Assembly (NCBI GenBank): GCA_965209055.1
Contig: OZ242374.1
Coordinates: 5,248,001-5,312,000 of the forward strand
Length of the DNA: 64,000 bases
From: Acidobacteriota bacterium
GTDB lineage: Bacteria > Acidobacteriota > UBA6911 > RPQK01 > JAJDTT01
Direction of reading: 5' to 3'
Shown here piece by piece: positions 1-9,841 of the stretch. Under the pieces are notes generated by a model, which had not been told where the DNA came from, made no database searches, and saw only the letters and a program-made list of their open reading frames with translations. The stretch's first letter is position 1, and the number at the start of each line of letters is the position of its first letter. A program made the translations under genes and the position numbers.

Positions 1-1969
1 GGGGGGCGAAGTTGTTCTTGTCGGCCAAATAGGTCGCTCCCGAAATACCCGGATCATTTCCATACGCCATCCCCTCGGGGGCTGTGGGGAAAAGCGTGGA
101 CTGGTATCCCGGTATCCACGTCGCAATCCTATCGTCCTGTTCCCGAACGGGATCGTCGTACTGATATCTCAATCCCAGATTGAGAGTGACGTTGCTCGAG
201 ACCTGGTAGTCGTCCTGAACGAAGAAGTTCAGGAACCAGGAACGGTGATCTTCCCGCTCCAGGAGCAAGAGGAGGTTGCTGACGTGGCCGAGCATGAAGT
301 CGCCCAAGGTATTGCCGGTGAGCTCCCCGTTAAAGGTAAACAGTCCCTGGTCGAAATTGGGACGACCCACCATGTGAAGCTTCTCAAAGGAGAACCCGAA
401 CCGAACCGTGTGGTCTCCCTCAGTGACATGGACCGTATCTTGCGCCTGCCACGTGTTGTCGAGTCTCACGTGGTTCCCGAGAAAACTCGAGGAGAGATTG
501 AAACGGCCCACGACATTGATGTTGGGAGGGAACGGAATTTCAGTGTTGACGCCCTGGATGCCGTAGTCAGCCGGTCCCCGCTCATTCGAGTGAAGTTGGG
601 ACTCGTCCCGGCGCCCGTATGAAATCTGAGCCTCATTGATCACCCGGGGACTGAATGTGTGAGTGTTTTGCAACGTGGCGTTGTGTACGGAATAGGGCGT
701 CGTCTTGGTGGTCCAGGGAATATTCCCATCGTTACGGAAGAAGTCCGATTTGTCTCTCCAGAACCGTCCCGTCAGTCGATTGTTCTCGGTGAACTGATGA
801 TCCACACGTATCAGATACTGATCGCCGTTGGATCCCGCGCTCGTATTCAATGCGAACCCGCCACCCGGAGCGTTGGCATTCGGAAGTTCCGAAATCACGT
901 TCAGTGCGGCCGGGTCCAGCCTACTTGAAGGAATGACGTCCCCCGGGAATCGTTCGCCCGTCACTGGATCGATGGGAGGATTGGAGGAAGCGGAGAAATC
1001 TCCCTGCCGCTCGAGGGCGCTGGGAGGAATGGCGCCTGACATCACCCGCGACTGGCGGATGCGGGTTCCCTGGTAGCCAAAGAAGAAGTGGGTCTTGTCC
1101 TTGATGACCGGTCCACCCACGGTTCCGCCAAACTGGTTGTACACCAGAAAGGGAGACGAAGGAGCGAAGAAGGAACGGGCGTTCAATCCGCCATTGCGAT
1201 GGAACTCGAAAGCGCTCCCATGAAATTGGTTGGTTCCTGACCTGGTGACGACGCTGAAACTGGCCACCGAACCGCGGCCTTTCGAGGCATCGTAACTGTT
1301 GGTTTCCGCTCGAAACTCCTTGACCATGTCCGGCGGCGGCATGGGCAGCCCTCTGGCTCGTTGGACATTGTTGAATTGAGCTCCATCGAGCTGGAAAGAG
1401 TTCATCTGCCCGTTTCCGCCACTGATGTTCACCGTGATGTCCCGCGTGCCCTGTTCCGGCATCCGAATGAGTGCTGCGCCCGGAATCAAGGTGATCAATG
1501 CCAAGGGGTCTCGACCCCTCAGTGGCAGTTCGTCGACTCTCTTCTCGTCCATGAGTCGACTGATGGACGCGCTTCTGGTCTCCACCTGTATGGCCGTCGA
1601 GGCTACGGTGACCTCCTCCGCGACTTCGCCGATCCTCAAGACCAGATCGACCCGCGAGTTCTCCTCGACCGTGAGATGAATTCCTCCCATCACGAGTTTC
1701 TTGAACCCGCTCAATTCGGCTTCTACCCGGTAGTCTCCCAAGGGCAGGAGGGTGATCCTGTAAAGTCCCTCATCGTTGGAAAGGGACGACCGTTGGAAGC
1801 CGGTTCCCTCGTTGACGGCGACGACTTCCACGCCGGGAATCACGCCCCCGGTTTCATCCTGGACCCTGCCCAGAATCGTCGCGGTCTGTTGCGCCTGCAC
1901 AGATACCGTCGCAACCACCAGCAGCAAGAGCCCCATAACGATCTGAAGGCAGGGTGGGTTTGACCTCAT
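1..1969 (-). CDS. TonB-dependent receptor with carboxypeptidase-regulatory-like N-domain (3' part lies outside the window)
   Basis: Not in the ORF track. Manual minus-strand translation from the ATG at 1969 gives a signal peptide (MRSNPPCLQIVMGLLLLVVATVSVQAQ), then TATILGRVQDETGGVIPGVEV...GLYRITLLPLGDYRVEAELSGFK, ELPLRGRD, FEFHRNGGLNARSFF, NQFGGTVGGPVIKDKTHFFFGYQG and NLGLRYQY. These are typical of Acidobacterial Oar-like TBDRs. Confidence 0.9.
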   Translation of the reverse strand, partial: MRSNPPCLQIVMGLLLLVVATVSVQAQQTATILGRVQDETGGVIPGVEVVAVNEGTGFQRSSLSNDEGLYRITLLPLGDYRVEAELSGFKKLVMGGIHLTVEENSRVDLVLRIGEVAEEVTVASTAIQVETRSASISRLMDEKRVDELPLRGRDPLALITLIPGAALIRMPEQGTRDITVNISGGNGQMNSFQLDGAQFNNVQRARGLPMPPPDMVKEFRAETNSYDASKGRGSVASFSVVTRSGTNQFHGSAFEFHRNGGLNARSFFAPSSPFLVYNQFGGTVGGPVIKDKTHFFFGYQGTRIRQSRVMSGAIPPSALERQGDFSASSNPPIDPVTGERFPGDVIPSSRLDPAALNVISELPNANAPGGGFALNTSAGSNGDQYLIRVDHQFTENNRLTGRFWRDKSDFFRNDGNIPWTTKTTPYSVHNATLQNTHTFSPRVINEAQISYGRRDESQLHSNERGPADYGIQGVNTEIPFPPNINVVGRFNLSSSFLGNHVRLDNTWQAQDTVHVTEGDHTVRFGFSFEKLHMVGRPNFDQGLFTFNGELTGNTLGDFMLGHVSNLLLLLEREDHRSWFLNFFVQDDYQVSSNVTLNLGLRYQYDDPVREQDDRIATWIPGYQSTLFPTAPEGMAYGNDPGISGATYLADKNNFAP

Positions 1970-2199
1970 GGCCCATACAGTTCTACTTGCCATTGCTAAA
2001 AGACTCCTTGGCAGGGGGTGGATCCCCATGGGCAACACGCCTGTAGTTTCCACCTCGAAGAGGATGACTGGGTGTTGGAGTTAGCACTCCAAAACATGGT
2101 TGGAAAAAGTATCGACCAGGATGACCGCTCGGGTCAAGGGAAAATCGCGACGAAGCGGTCCCATTCCCGCGCTCCCGATAATCCGGCGCCGGAACCGGA

Positions 2200-3828
2200 T
2201 CAGGGCGTCCGAGCGAGGTCGGTCTCCAGGCTGGAGAGTTCGAATGTCGTCGAACAGGTTGCCGAGCGGTCCGAGATCGCGTCGGAAATCGTGATTTCGA
2301 GCCGGTACTCGCCGGGTCCCAGGTCATCCATTTGCAGCGCGTTGGCGACAATGACCCGGTCTCGAAGGCGGAATGTCGAGCCCTTGACACGCTCGGTCAT
2401 GGCTTGCGATTTGCCGGCGCCTTGCCGGACCCGGTACTCGATTTTCAGATCCGGTTCGCCGGTCGACCCGTCCAAGCCGAAGTTGTACACCTCGAAATAG
2501 ACAATGAGTGGCTCACCGGAACGGTAACGCCGATCGACTCGAGGGACGACCTTGAAGTGTCCCATCACAAACGGTTCCGCAACGAGCTCGGGATCTGCCG
2601 CGGATTCGACGCGTCGAGCCAGAAAGACTGCGCTGGTGAGGAGCCGTTGTGAGTTCGGCCGGCGGAGGGAGACGCGTTGCCTCGCCATGCCCATCTGCTC
2701 GTTGTTGGCGTCCCGTACGACCAGTTCCACCTTGTACAGGCCTGGCCCCAGACTGATCTTCTTTTGATACATCGAATGTTGCCGGGCCAGATCGTCGAGG
2801 TTCGGCAGATAGGTCGAGACGGTGTCGTCGAATTCGTAGACAATCCGTCCCTGCAGGGAGGTCACGGCACCATAAATGTCGATCGTTGCCTTGTGAGCGC
2901 CTGAGTGTTCCTTGAATTGCAGATAGCGATCCTGGATCCTCACCGTAATCGGAACCAGCATCTCCTTCTCGGTCAACCGGATGTGGTGAATGGCCGACTC
3001 GACCGGAATGTGATCAAAGTAAACTTGTGAAGTCACGACCCGCTGAAGGTCCTTGAACTTGATTTCGGCAGGCCGGCTCAACTGAAAGATCCGTTGCATT
3101 CTCTGGAACGGCAGGTCCTGCATCCGGAGAGTGCCGTACATGGGCTGTATCGGATCCGCGACAATCTGGTTGCGTATCCGATCGCCTCGATCCATGGTTC
3201 CGGCGAGCTCAGCCAGCGTCATCCCGCCGACGCCGCCCACATGCATGAGGGCGTCCTTTTCGTCCGGATTTCGCGCCAGCCGGAATTCTCCCGTCATGGT
3301 CGGATCCACGAACTCGATCTCGACCTCACCGCCGATTCCCTCAATGTAGTCGTAGCGCCAGACCTCAAATGGAAAAGCCGCGGTAAAACCGCCTCCTTCC
3401 CAGGGCTCTCTTCGATAGTGGCCTCCTTGGTGGGTCTTCTTGCTGGTGGGAGGCCCGTGCATGATGTAGATTCTTCCCCGGTCCGTCAGCCAGCCCGCAA
3501 CTCCTGACTTGAAATTCTCGTTTGCATAAGCGAATCGCCGAAAATGCTCTTCCCGGTACTCGTTGATGGCCGTTCTGAGGTCCGGATCACGACGCCTCCA
3601 GAACTGCTCAATGAAGCTTTCACGTTCGTCATCCGTGCGCAGTTTCTGGAAGGATTTCTTTTCTTCGTCGGTAATGATGTACTTGACGTCCTGCTCAATC
3701 CATTTCTTGTAATAGTCCACAGGCTCCTCAGACTGTTGAGCCCATGGAAGGAGCGATGAAATCCCAATGATGACGCTAATGATGCAGGTCGTCAGAAGAC
3801 GCGACTTCGTCGGTTGGTTCATGCTCAT
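2200..3828 (-). CDS. GWxTD domain-containing protein
   Basis: Motifs FIEQFWRRRDP, NEYREEHFRRFAYAN and GWLTDRGRIYIMHGPP, with an N-terminal signal peptide. The ORF-track start (3897) lies inside a REP repeat, so the ATG at 3828 (or 3822) is preferred. Confidence 0.9.
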   Translation of the reverse strand: MSMNQPTKSRLLTTCIISVIIGISSLLPWAQQSEEPVDYYKKWIEQDVKYIITDEEKKSFQKLRTDDERESFIEQFWRRRDPDLRTAINEYREEHFRRFAYANENFKSGVAGWLTDRGRIYIMHGPPTSKKTHQGGHYRREPWEGGGFTAAFPFEVWRYDYIEGIGGEVEIEFVDPTMTGEFRLARNPDEKDALMHVGGVGGMTLAELAGTMDRGDRIRNQIVADPIQPMYGTLRMQDLPFQRMQRIFQLSRPAEIKFKDLQRVVTSQVYFDHIPVESAIHHIRLTEKEMLVPITVRIQDRYLQFKEHSGAHKATIDIYGAVTSLQGRIVYEFDDTVSTYLPNLDDLARQHSMYQKKISLGPGLYKVELVVRDANNEQMGMARQRVSLRRPNSQRLLTSAVFLARRVESAADPELVAEPFVMGHFKVVPRVDRRYRSGEPLIVYFEVYNFGLDGSTGEPDLKIEYRVRQGAGKSQAMTERVKGSTFRLRDRVIVANALQMDDLGPGEYRLEITISDAISDRSATCSTTFELSSLETDLARTP

Positions 3829-3850
3829 CGTGGTCCAATAACCCCTAAAA

Positions 3851-4150
3851 GGAAGGGCGATTTCCAATCGCCCAGTCTTCGTGGCCAAGTTCGTCACACC
3901 GGAATTCGGCGGTTAGGAAACCGCCGCTCCCCATGAGGAAGGGCGATTTCCAATCGCCCGGTCTTCGTCGCCAAGTTTGTCATACTGGAGTTCGGCGGTT
4001 GGGAAACCGCCGCTCCCCACGAGGAGGGGCGATTTCCAATCGCCCGGTTTTTTGTCGCCAGTTTGTCATACTGGAGTTCGGCGGTTAGGAAGCCGCTGCT
4101 CCTTTCCGTTTTCTACCGGGCGTCCGCCGGCTCGGGCCGGTGGGGGAGCT
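3851..4150. repeat. REP/BIME-like tandem array of three ~86-bp units plus an extension overlapping the CRTAC1 3' end
   Basis: Units start at 3851, 3937 and 4023. Each has a GGGCGATTTCCAATCGCCC hairpin, a conserved linker and an inverted GGCGGTT(A/G)GGAA(A/G)CCGC hairpin followed by GCTCC. Confidence 0.9.
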
Positions 4151-5816
4151 TCTGACTTGAAGATCCCTCTTCAACCACGACGACCTGATTGGCTTGGATC
4201 TGCTCCAGCCGGTCCACCACACCGCTGGGCCAGGAGATTTCAACCAGGTCGATAGACTTGTTCCTGCCCAGGCCGAAATGCATCCGCATGTCGTGAGCCG
4301 AAAGATACGATCCGCCTCCCGTCATCTGGTCGAACCGGGTTTGCTCACCGGCCACGACTCGTACCCTGGACCCGATCCCATTCCGGTTGCTGGACCGCCC
4401 CACCAAGTGGAGCGAAATCCAATTCCCGTGGGGCGTGCTCTGATTCACCAACAGTTCCGGAGAGTCATCGATGTTGGTCACGACCAGATCGACGTCTCCG
4501 TCGTTGTCGAAATCGCCGAATGCCGTACCACGGCTGACTCTGCTGCTCCGCAGGGCCGGACCTGCATCCTTTGAAACATCGTAAAAGCGTCCGCCCCGGT
4601 TTTCCAGTAGCTGGTTGGGTTGGGCGTAAGAAATGTTGTTCCGATACCTGGAAATATCGTCCAGTACATGGCCGTTGGCAACGAACAGGTCCAAGTCTCC
4701 ATCGTTGTCGTAGTCAAAGAAACCGGTTCCGAATCCGAGCAGCCGGATGCTGGCTTTGGCGACACCTTGGACCCAACGATCGTCACTGAAGATCTCTTGC
4801 CCCAGGTTCCGATAAAGGCCATTGGTCTCCATGTCGTAATTCGTGACGACGATATCGAGAAGCCCGTCACCGTCGAAGTCGCCGAAATCCGTGCCCATCC
4901 CGGCTTCGGCCTCGCCCGCGGAGTTGTAGCCGGTCAAGGAAAAATAGCTGATATCCGTATAGGTCAGGTCCCCATTGTTCTTGAAGAGGAAATTCCGCGT
5001 CTTGTCGTTTGCCACATAGATGTCCATCCAGCCGTCCGAATCGATATCGGCCATCACCACGCCCAACCCTTTTCCTTCGGGATTCGCGATCCCGCTCCCC
5101 TCGCTGATGTCGTCAAAGGTCCCGTCCCCCCGGTTCCTATAGAGCCGGTCGGCCACTCCCGCGAAAGCGTCGGGGTCGCAGTAGCTGCGCCGGGCCGGTG
5201 CATCGGTTCCACATACCGGATGGGTCTCATATTTGAGATCCAAGTAATTGGTGACGTAGAGATCCAAGTAACCGTCATTGTCAAGATCGAAGAACCCCGC
5301 ACTTTGGCCCCAGAACGGATCATCGACTCCCGCCTGCCGGGAAACGTCGGAAAAGGTCCCGTTGCCGAGATTGCGATACAAGACGTTGGGACCATAGTGA
5401 GCGACAAAGAGATCGGGCCAACCGTCGTTGTCGATGTCACCCACCGCTACGCCCGTTCCGTACCTTCCATACCCTCCCACGCCGCTTTCACTGGTGACAT
5501 CCGAGAATCGTCCATTCCCGAGATTGCGGTAAAGAGCGTGTCTCGTTGTCCGAGTCCCTTCGCCGCCGGGTTTCCCCGCGCCATTGACCAAGTAGATGTC
5601 GAGCCATCCGTCCTGGTCATAGTCCATCAGGGCGACCCCGGAACCCATGGTCTCGACCAGGTACTTCTGCGGCGAAGCCCCGCTGAAATGCCGGAAGGTG
5701 ATCCCGGCCGAGATGGTGCGGTCTTCAAAATGGGCGGCGGACGTGCGAGGCGGCTGGGACTGACTGTGAAGTGGCGCCAGCAAGAACGAAAAGAACGGAA
5801 GGACGAAACGAATCAT
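4113..5816 (-). CDS. CRTAC1-family protein (FG-GAP repeats + ASPIC/UnbV domain)
   Basis: ETMGSGVALMDYDQDGWLDIY, repeated DxDNDGxxDL motifs, and C-terminal SNRNGIGSRV...GGGSYLSAHD...HFGLG...WPSG. Start taken at MIRFVLP (signal peptide). Confidence 0.92.
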   Translation of the reverse strand: MIRFVLPFFSFLLAPLHSQSQPPRTSAAHFEDRTISAGITFRHFSGASPQKYLVETMGSGVALMDYDQDGWLDIYLVNGAGKPGGEGTRTTRHALYRNLGNGRFSDVTSESGVGGYGRYGTGVAVGDIDNDGWPDLFVAHYGPNVLYRNLGNGTFSDVSRQAGVDDPFWGQSAGFFDLDNDGYLDLYVTNYLDLKYETHPVCGTDAPARRSYCDPDAFAGVADRLYRNRGDGTFDDISEGSGIANPEGKGLGVVMADIDSDGWMDIYVANDKTRNFLFKNNGDLTYTDISYFSLTGYNSAGEAEAGMGTDFGDFDGDGLLDIVVTNYDMETNGLYRNLGQEIFSDDRWVQGVAKASIRLLGFGTGFFDYDNDGDLDLFVANGHVLDDISRYRNNISYAQPNQLLENRGGRFYDVSKDAGPALRSSRVSRGTAFGDFDNDGDVDLVVTNIDDSPELLVNQSTPHGNWISLHLVGRSSNRNGIGSRVRVVAGEQTRFDQMTGGGSYLSAHDMRMHFGLGRNKSIDLVEISWPSGVVDRLEQIQANQVVVVEEGSSSQKLPHRPEPADAR

Positions 5817-5847
5817 CGGGGTCGGGCTCTTGGTTGGAACGACGGAG

Positions 5848-7329
5848 TCATTTCCTGACCACAGGATTTTTCTTTTCCCTTCGCGCACTTTGCAGACGCT
5901 CGAAAATTTCGAATCCTTTGCGTGCCTCTTCGATTCGACCGAGCTTCAACAGGGCCGTGGCGTGTACGAATCTCGGTTCCGGGTTGCCGCGGTCGAGACT
6001 CATAGCCTGTTCCAACAACGGAAGAGCTTTCTCCGGATCGCCATTCTGAATGTGACCATGGCTGAGTTCGAGGAGGGCCGCCGGTTCAGGCCGTTCCTTG
6101 ACAACCTGGCTCAAAAGCTCGATCGATTTCCGAAACGCTCCTTCTTTTCGCAGAATCGACGCCAAATGAAATGCAGCCTGAGCCCACAAGTCCCGATTGG
6201 CGGCCGATTCCGCATCGGTAGCCAATATAAGAGATCGTTCGAACAGGGGCTTGGCCTCATCGAATCTTCCGTCCAGCTTGAGCCCTGTCCCCAGATTCAA
6301 GTAGGAGCCGGGATGATCAGGGAAACGCCTGACCAATCGCCGGGCGAGGTCAACGGCGGCTCGGGCGTCGCCCTTGAGATGATAGGCCTCGACCAGCTCG
6401 AACGAATATTCAGGATTGTTGGGAGTCAGCTCCGCTGCCTTGCGGAGGAATTGAAGGCTCTCCTCATGACGTCCCTGCTCAAGCAAAAGCTGACCCAATA
6501 GAAAAGAGCCTTGAGCATGAATTGGGTTGAGGGCCAGGACCGACCTTAGAATCTCCTCGGCTCTTGGCCGCTCGCCCATCTTCAGCAGTGCAATGCCCAG
6601 TGCCATTCGTGTTTTTGCGGAATTTGGATTGAGGGCCGACGCCCGGTCAAGAGCCCGAACCGCCTCTTCCGAACGGCCGAGTTGAAAGAGAGTGACCCCA
6701 AGCCCGTGACTCGCCGAATAGGAATCGGCTTGGAGCACCTCCGGCAGCCTCAGCAGACGTTCAGCCCTTTCCCAATATCCCTTTGACATCAACAGACTGG
6801 CGAGCGAGAGAAGGGCCCGGCCATTTCCCGGATGGTTCGACTGGATCTCACCCGCGATTTGAAGACCGTCTTCGCCGCGTCCAGTCTCCAGGTACGATCG
6901 GCTCAGGTAGAAGAGGGCCTCCGGATCCTCCTTGATCCGCTGAAGGACGGGTTCCAGAAGAGCGATGCACGGCGCGAACTTGCGCTGTTTACCATTCAGA
7001 ATCCCCAGCCGAAGGCGCGGCAGCAGGATGGATTCGTCCGACTCGATGGCGCGCCCGTAGGCGCTTTCCGCCGGCGCAATCCGGCCAAGCGATTCCAAAG
7101 CGTATCCCTGCAGGGCATGAGCCATGGCCAGGCGAGGATCCCGGTCAATGACTTCCTGAGCCGCCGCAACGGCCAGTTGATGCCGGCCGCTATCGATCAG
7201 CTCGATGATCCTTTCGACCTCTTGCCCCGAAGATTGACCTGAGGCCGTGACGACGACGGCCAAATGCGCAAGCAAGAGTGGAACGGGCAGCCAGTGCTGC
7301 CGCTTGACCAGGAGACGATGTTTCACCAC
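5848..7329 (-). CDS. Secreted tetratricopeptide repeat protein
   Basis: Signal peptide followed by many TPR-like helical repeats (AHALQGYALESLG, SHGLGVTLFQLG, SYLNLGTGLKLDG). Lies directly upstream of the CRTAC1 gene. Confidence 0.88.
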   Translation of the reverse strand: MVKHRLLVKRQHWLPVPLLLAHLAVVVTASGQSSGQEVERIIELIDSGRHQLAVAAAQEVIDRDPRLAMAHALQGYALESLGRIAPAESAYGRAIESDESILLPRLRLGILNGKQRKFAPCIALLEPVLQRIKEDPEALFYLSRSYLETGRGEDGLQIAGEIQSNHPGNGRALLSLASLLMSKGYWERAERLLRLPEVLQADSYSASHGLGVTLFQLGRSEEAVRALDRASALNPNSAKTRMALGIALLKMGERPRAEEILRSVLALNPIHAQGSFLLGQLLLEQGRHEESLQFLRKAAELTPNNPEYSFELVEAYHLKGDARAAVDLARRLVRRFPDHPGSYLNLGTGLKLDGRFDEAKPLFERSLILATDAESAANRDLWAQAAFHLASILRKEGAFRKSIELLSQVVKERPEPAALLELSHGHIQNGDPEKALPLLEQAMSLDRGNPEPRFVHATALLKLGRIEEARKGFEIFERLQSARREKKNPVVRK

Positions 7330-7403
7330 TATGAATTCAATAGTTCAATTCGATAGCCACTCTTTCACGGCTAGCCGTTTCGATCGGGGGACAGGTCAAT
7401 TCC

Positions 7404-9155
7404 ATGAAGTACTACGCCGCGTTGACTCTGTTGGTTCTTGTCACAACCACCTGCAGGATCGCCACGGGTCCATCGTCGGCGCCTGACTTGATCTTAGCGC
7501 AAGGCGGCGAATCGGAGTTGAAGATCGTCGTTTCACCCGATGCCGAGGCGCCCGTACGGTTCGCCGCCGAGGAACTCCAGCGCTACCTGTCCCGGATCTC
7601 GTCCATAGAAATTCCCATCACGACCGGTCCGGCACGGGGCCCGTCCATTCGGGTTGGCCTGGATGACGAGGGGAGGGTCCACGACTCTCTCCGGGGCCGG
7701 CCTGAAGACTCCTTTCTGGTCCTTGTAGACGAAGGAACACTTCATTTGGGCGGGAACACTCCGCGAGGCACGCTCTACTCCGTCTACTATTTCCTGGAGA
7801 GGTATCTGGATTGCGGTTGGATCAAGCCCGGTGAAGACGTCGTCCCGAAACGGGATTCTATTGTATTGGCGGGGGATACCCGGGATATCCAGAGCCCTGA
7901 TTTCAGTCACCGGAGCGTCAACCTTTATCCCTTTATCGCCGACCGGAATCTTCGCAACGTCGATTGGGCCGCCAAGAACCGTCTCAACTGGATTCATGCC
8001 TGTGCCAACAGTTCCCCACTTTGGGAGGATCTCAACAGCCGCTCCGAGCTGGTGCCCGAAGTCGAGAAACGGGGACTGTTGATCAACTATGGCGGACACA
8101 CCTTCCACAAGTGGGTTCCGCCCGCCCGGTATTTCAACGACCACCCGGAGTACTTCAGCTTGCTGGATGGGAAGCGGGACAGCCGGCAGCTCTGCGTCTC
8201 GAACGAGGAGGTTGCGGAAGTCGCAGCCCAAAATATCAACTCATTCCTGGATCAGAACCCTGAAATAGACATGGTCGACGTGTGGCTCAGTGATGTCATC
8301 GAATGGTGTGAGTGCGGGCCGTGCGAGGAGATGGAAGGGGGCAAGAGGATCAGCGTTTTCGACCTTCGTGGATCTGTCGAGAGTCGTTCCGACTCGAACA
8401 TCATGTTTATCAACCGAATCGCAGAAGGAGTATCTGCCCGGCATCCCGAGGTGTTGGTCCAGACGCTGGCCTATTTCATGCTCATGGACGCGCCCCTAAG
8501 AGCCACACCGGCCCCCAATGTCATGGTGGGATTTGCGCCGATCATGAGGCAGCCATCGCAGAAAGTGATTAACCGAACCGGTTACTGGTACGCGATTTAC
8601 GATCCTCGTCACGAGGTCAACCGTTCCCGGCTGCGGGAGATCAGGAAATGGCTTGAGATCATCGATCCAAAGCGTTTCTTTACCTACGAATACTACTCCC
8701 ATTTCAGCACGGCCTTGGCCATGATCAAGCAAGAAACGACCGCTGAGAACCTGGAAGCAAAGCTCATCGATCCAAGCCAGAGGACGTTTCACGTTTACTC
8801 GGATACGGTCGCCAAGGACATCTGGTACTACACCCAGATCGGAATGGAAGGACTCGGCTCGGAGGAATGGGACTGGAACGAGATCAACATGTACCTCTAC
8901 CCCAGGCTGATGTGGGATCCGGGGCGGTCCTCGGTCTCTCTATTGGAGGAGTACTGCAACCGAGCGTACGGCCAAGCGGCTGAGCCGATGACCCTGCACT
9001 GGCTGATTCTGCAGGAATCACGGGAGAAATATCCTGCCGAAAAGAGTCGTTGCCTGGCTATGCTGGACCAGGCGGAGCAACTGACGCAGGACGGCGACGT
9101 GCTGCGGCGCATTGGCGAACTCCGCGAAATTTGGAGCCACATTCCGAGCGAGTGA
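7404..9155 (+). CDS. DUF4838 domain-containing (putative glycoside hydrolase-like) lipoprotein
   Basis: Motifs FAAEELQRYL, GTLYSVYYFLERYLDCGW, PDFSHRS, HTFHKWVP..YFNDHPEYFSL.DGKR..QLCVSN, WCECGPC and TLAY. Lipobox-like TTTC. Confidence 0.82.
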   Translation: MKYYAALTLLVLVTTTCRIATGPSSAPDLILAQGGESELKIVVSPDAEAPVRFAAEELQRYLSRISSIEIPITTGPARGPSIRVGLDDEGRVHDSLRGRPEDSFLVLVDEGTLHLGGNTPRGTLYSVYYFLERYLDCGWIKPGEDVVPKRDSIVLAGDTRDIQSPDFSHRSVNLYPFIADRNLRNVDWAAKNRLNWIHACANSSPLWEDLNSRSELVPEVEKRGLLINYGGHTFHKWVPPARYFNDHPEYFSLLDGKRDSRQLCVSNEEVAEVAAQNINSFLDQNPEIDMVDVWLSDVIEWCECGPCEEMEGGKRISVFDLRGSVESRSDSNIMFINRIAEGVSARHPEVLVQTLAYFMLMDAPLRATPAPNVMVGFAPIMRQPSQKVINRTGYWYAIYDPRHEVNRSRLREIRKWLEIIDPKRFFTYEYYSHFSTALAMIKQETTAENLEAKLIDPSQRTFHVYSDTVAKDIWYYTQIGMEGLGSEEWDWNEINMYLYPRLMWDPGRSSVSLLEEYCNRAYGQAAEPMTLHWLILQESREKYPAEKSRCLAMLDQAEQLTQDGDVLRRIGELREIWSHIPSE

Positions 9156-9198
9156 TCACTGCTGCTGCCGAGTGTGCCCGCCGGCGAGGAGGGATTCC

Positions 9199-9841
9199 GG
9201 TGATTATTCACTTGACGCCATCCGGGGGCGTCCAGTCCCTTCCACTGGGTCCACAGCGAGGGCATGGAAGTGGTGCTAAACCTCCGTATCGAAATATGGG
9301 TGAACAACGTTGAGGAGTCCTGGACATGCCACTACCGGTTTTGGCGGCATGGACGCGAGATAATGGCAGAAGAGGTCGAGTCCCCGAGCAACGTCGGGGG
9401 GCGTAACCTATGCCTTCGCCCACTGGGAAGGAGGTTGCTTGAAAAAGTCTCAGTTTGTCGGATTTTTACTAACACTCTTCTTTGGACCTTTCGGGTTGCT
9501 CTATTCGAGTGTTCCGATGGCACTGATATTGATCGTAATCGGATTCCTGTTTGGATTGATGACCGCAGGATTGGGGGCCATCGTGATTTGGCTCATCTCA
9601 ATCTTAGTCGGGTTCTTCACTGTGTCTCGGTGGAACGAAAAAGTGTCTCGGCGGATGGATAATTGAGACTACGCGACGGCCGTCTCCGTCTCTGCCTTCC
9701 CGTGGACCAGTTCCTTGTAGGTTAGGGTGTCGGCATGGACGATCTTTCGCACGGCATCCCGGAAGATGTAGGGGTTTTCCCGGTTGTTGAACCTCCACTC
9801 CAGTTCTTCCAGGTAGCGGTCCAGGTGCTTCCGGCTGATGT
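9199..9841 (-). mobile_element. IS1595-family element remnant (right end, transposase C-terminus and passenger gene)
   Basis: 9669-9841 encodes ISRKHLDRYLEELEWRFNNR...LTYKELV, the IS1595 transposase C-terminus. GGTGATTAT at 9199 resembles the GGnnaTTAT terminus of the ISNwi1 group. Confidence 0.7.
9439..9666 (+). CDS. Small membrane protein (IS1595 passenger)
   Basis: 75 aa, KKSQFVGFLLTLFFGPFGLLYS followed by further hydrophobic segments. GGAGG lies upstream of the TTG start. Confidence 0.7.
   Translation: MKKSQFVGFLLTLFFGPFGLLYSSVPMALILIVIGFLFGLMTAGLGAIVIWLISILVGFFTVSRWNEKVSRRMDN

Noticed and set aside
3851-4102. Regularly spaced palindromic repeats resembling a CRISPR array
   Set aside because: The intervening sequences are near-identical to each other, the hairpins alternate in orientation, copies are dispersed through the window and no cas genes are present. 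This fits REP/BIME.
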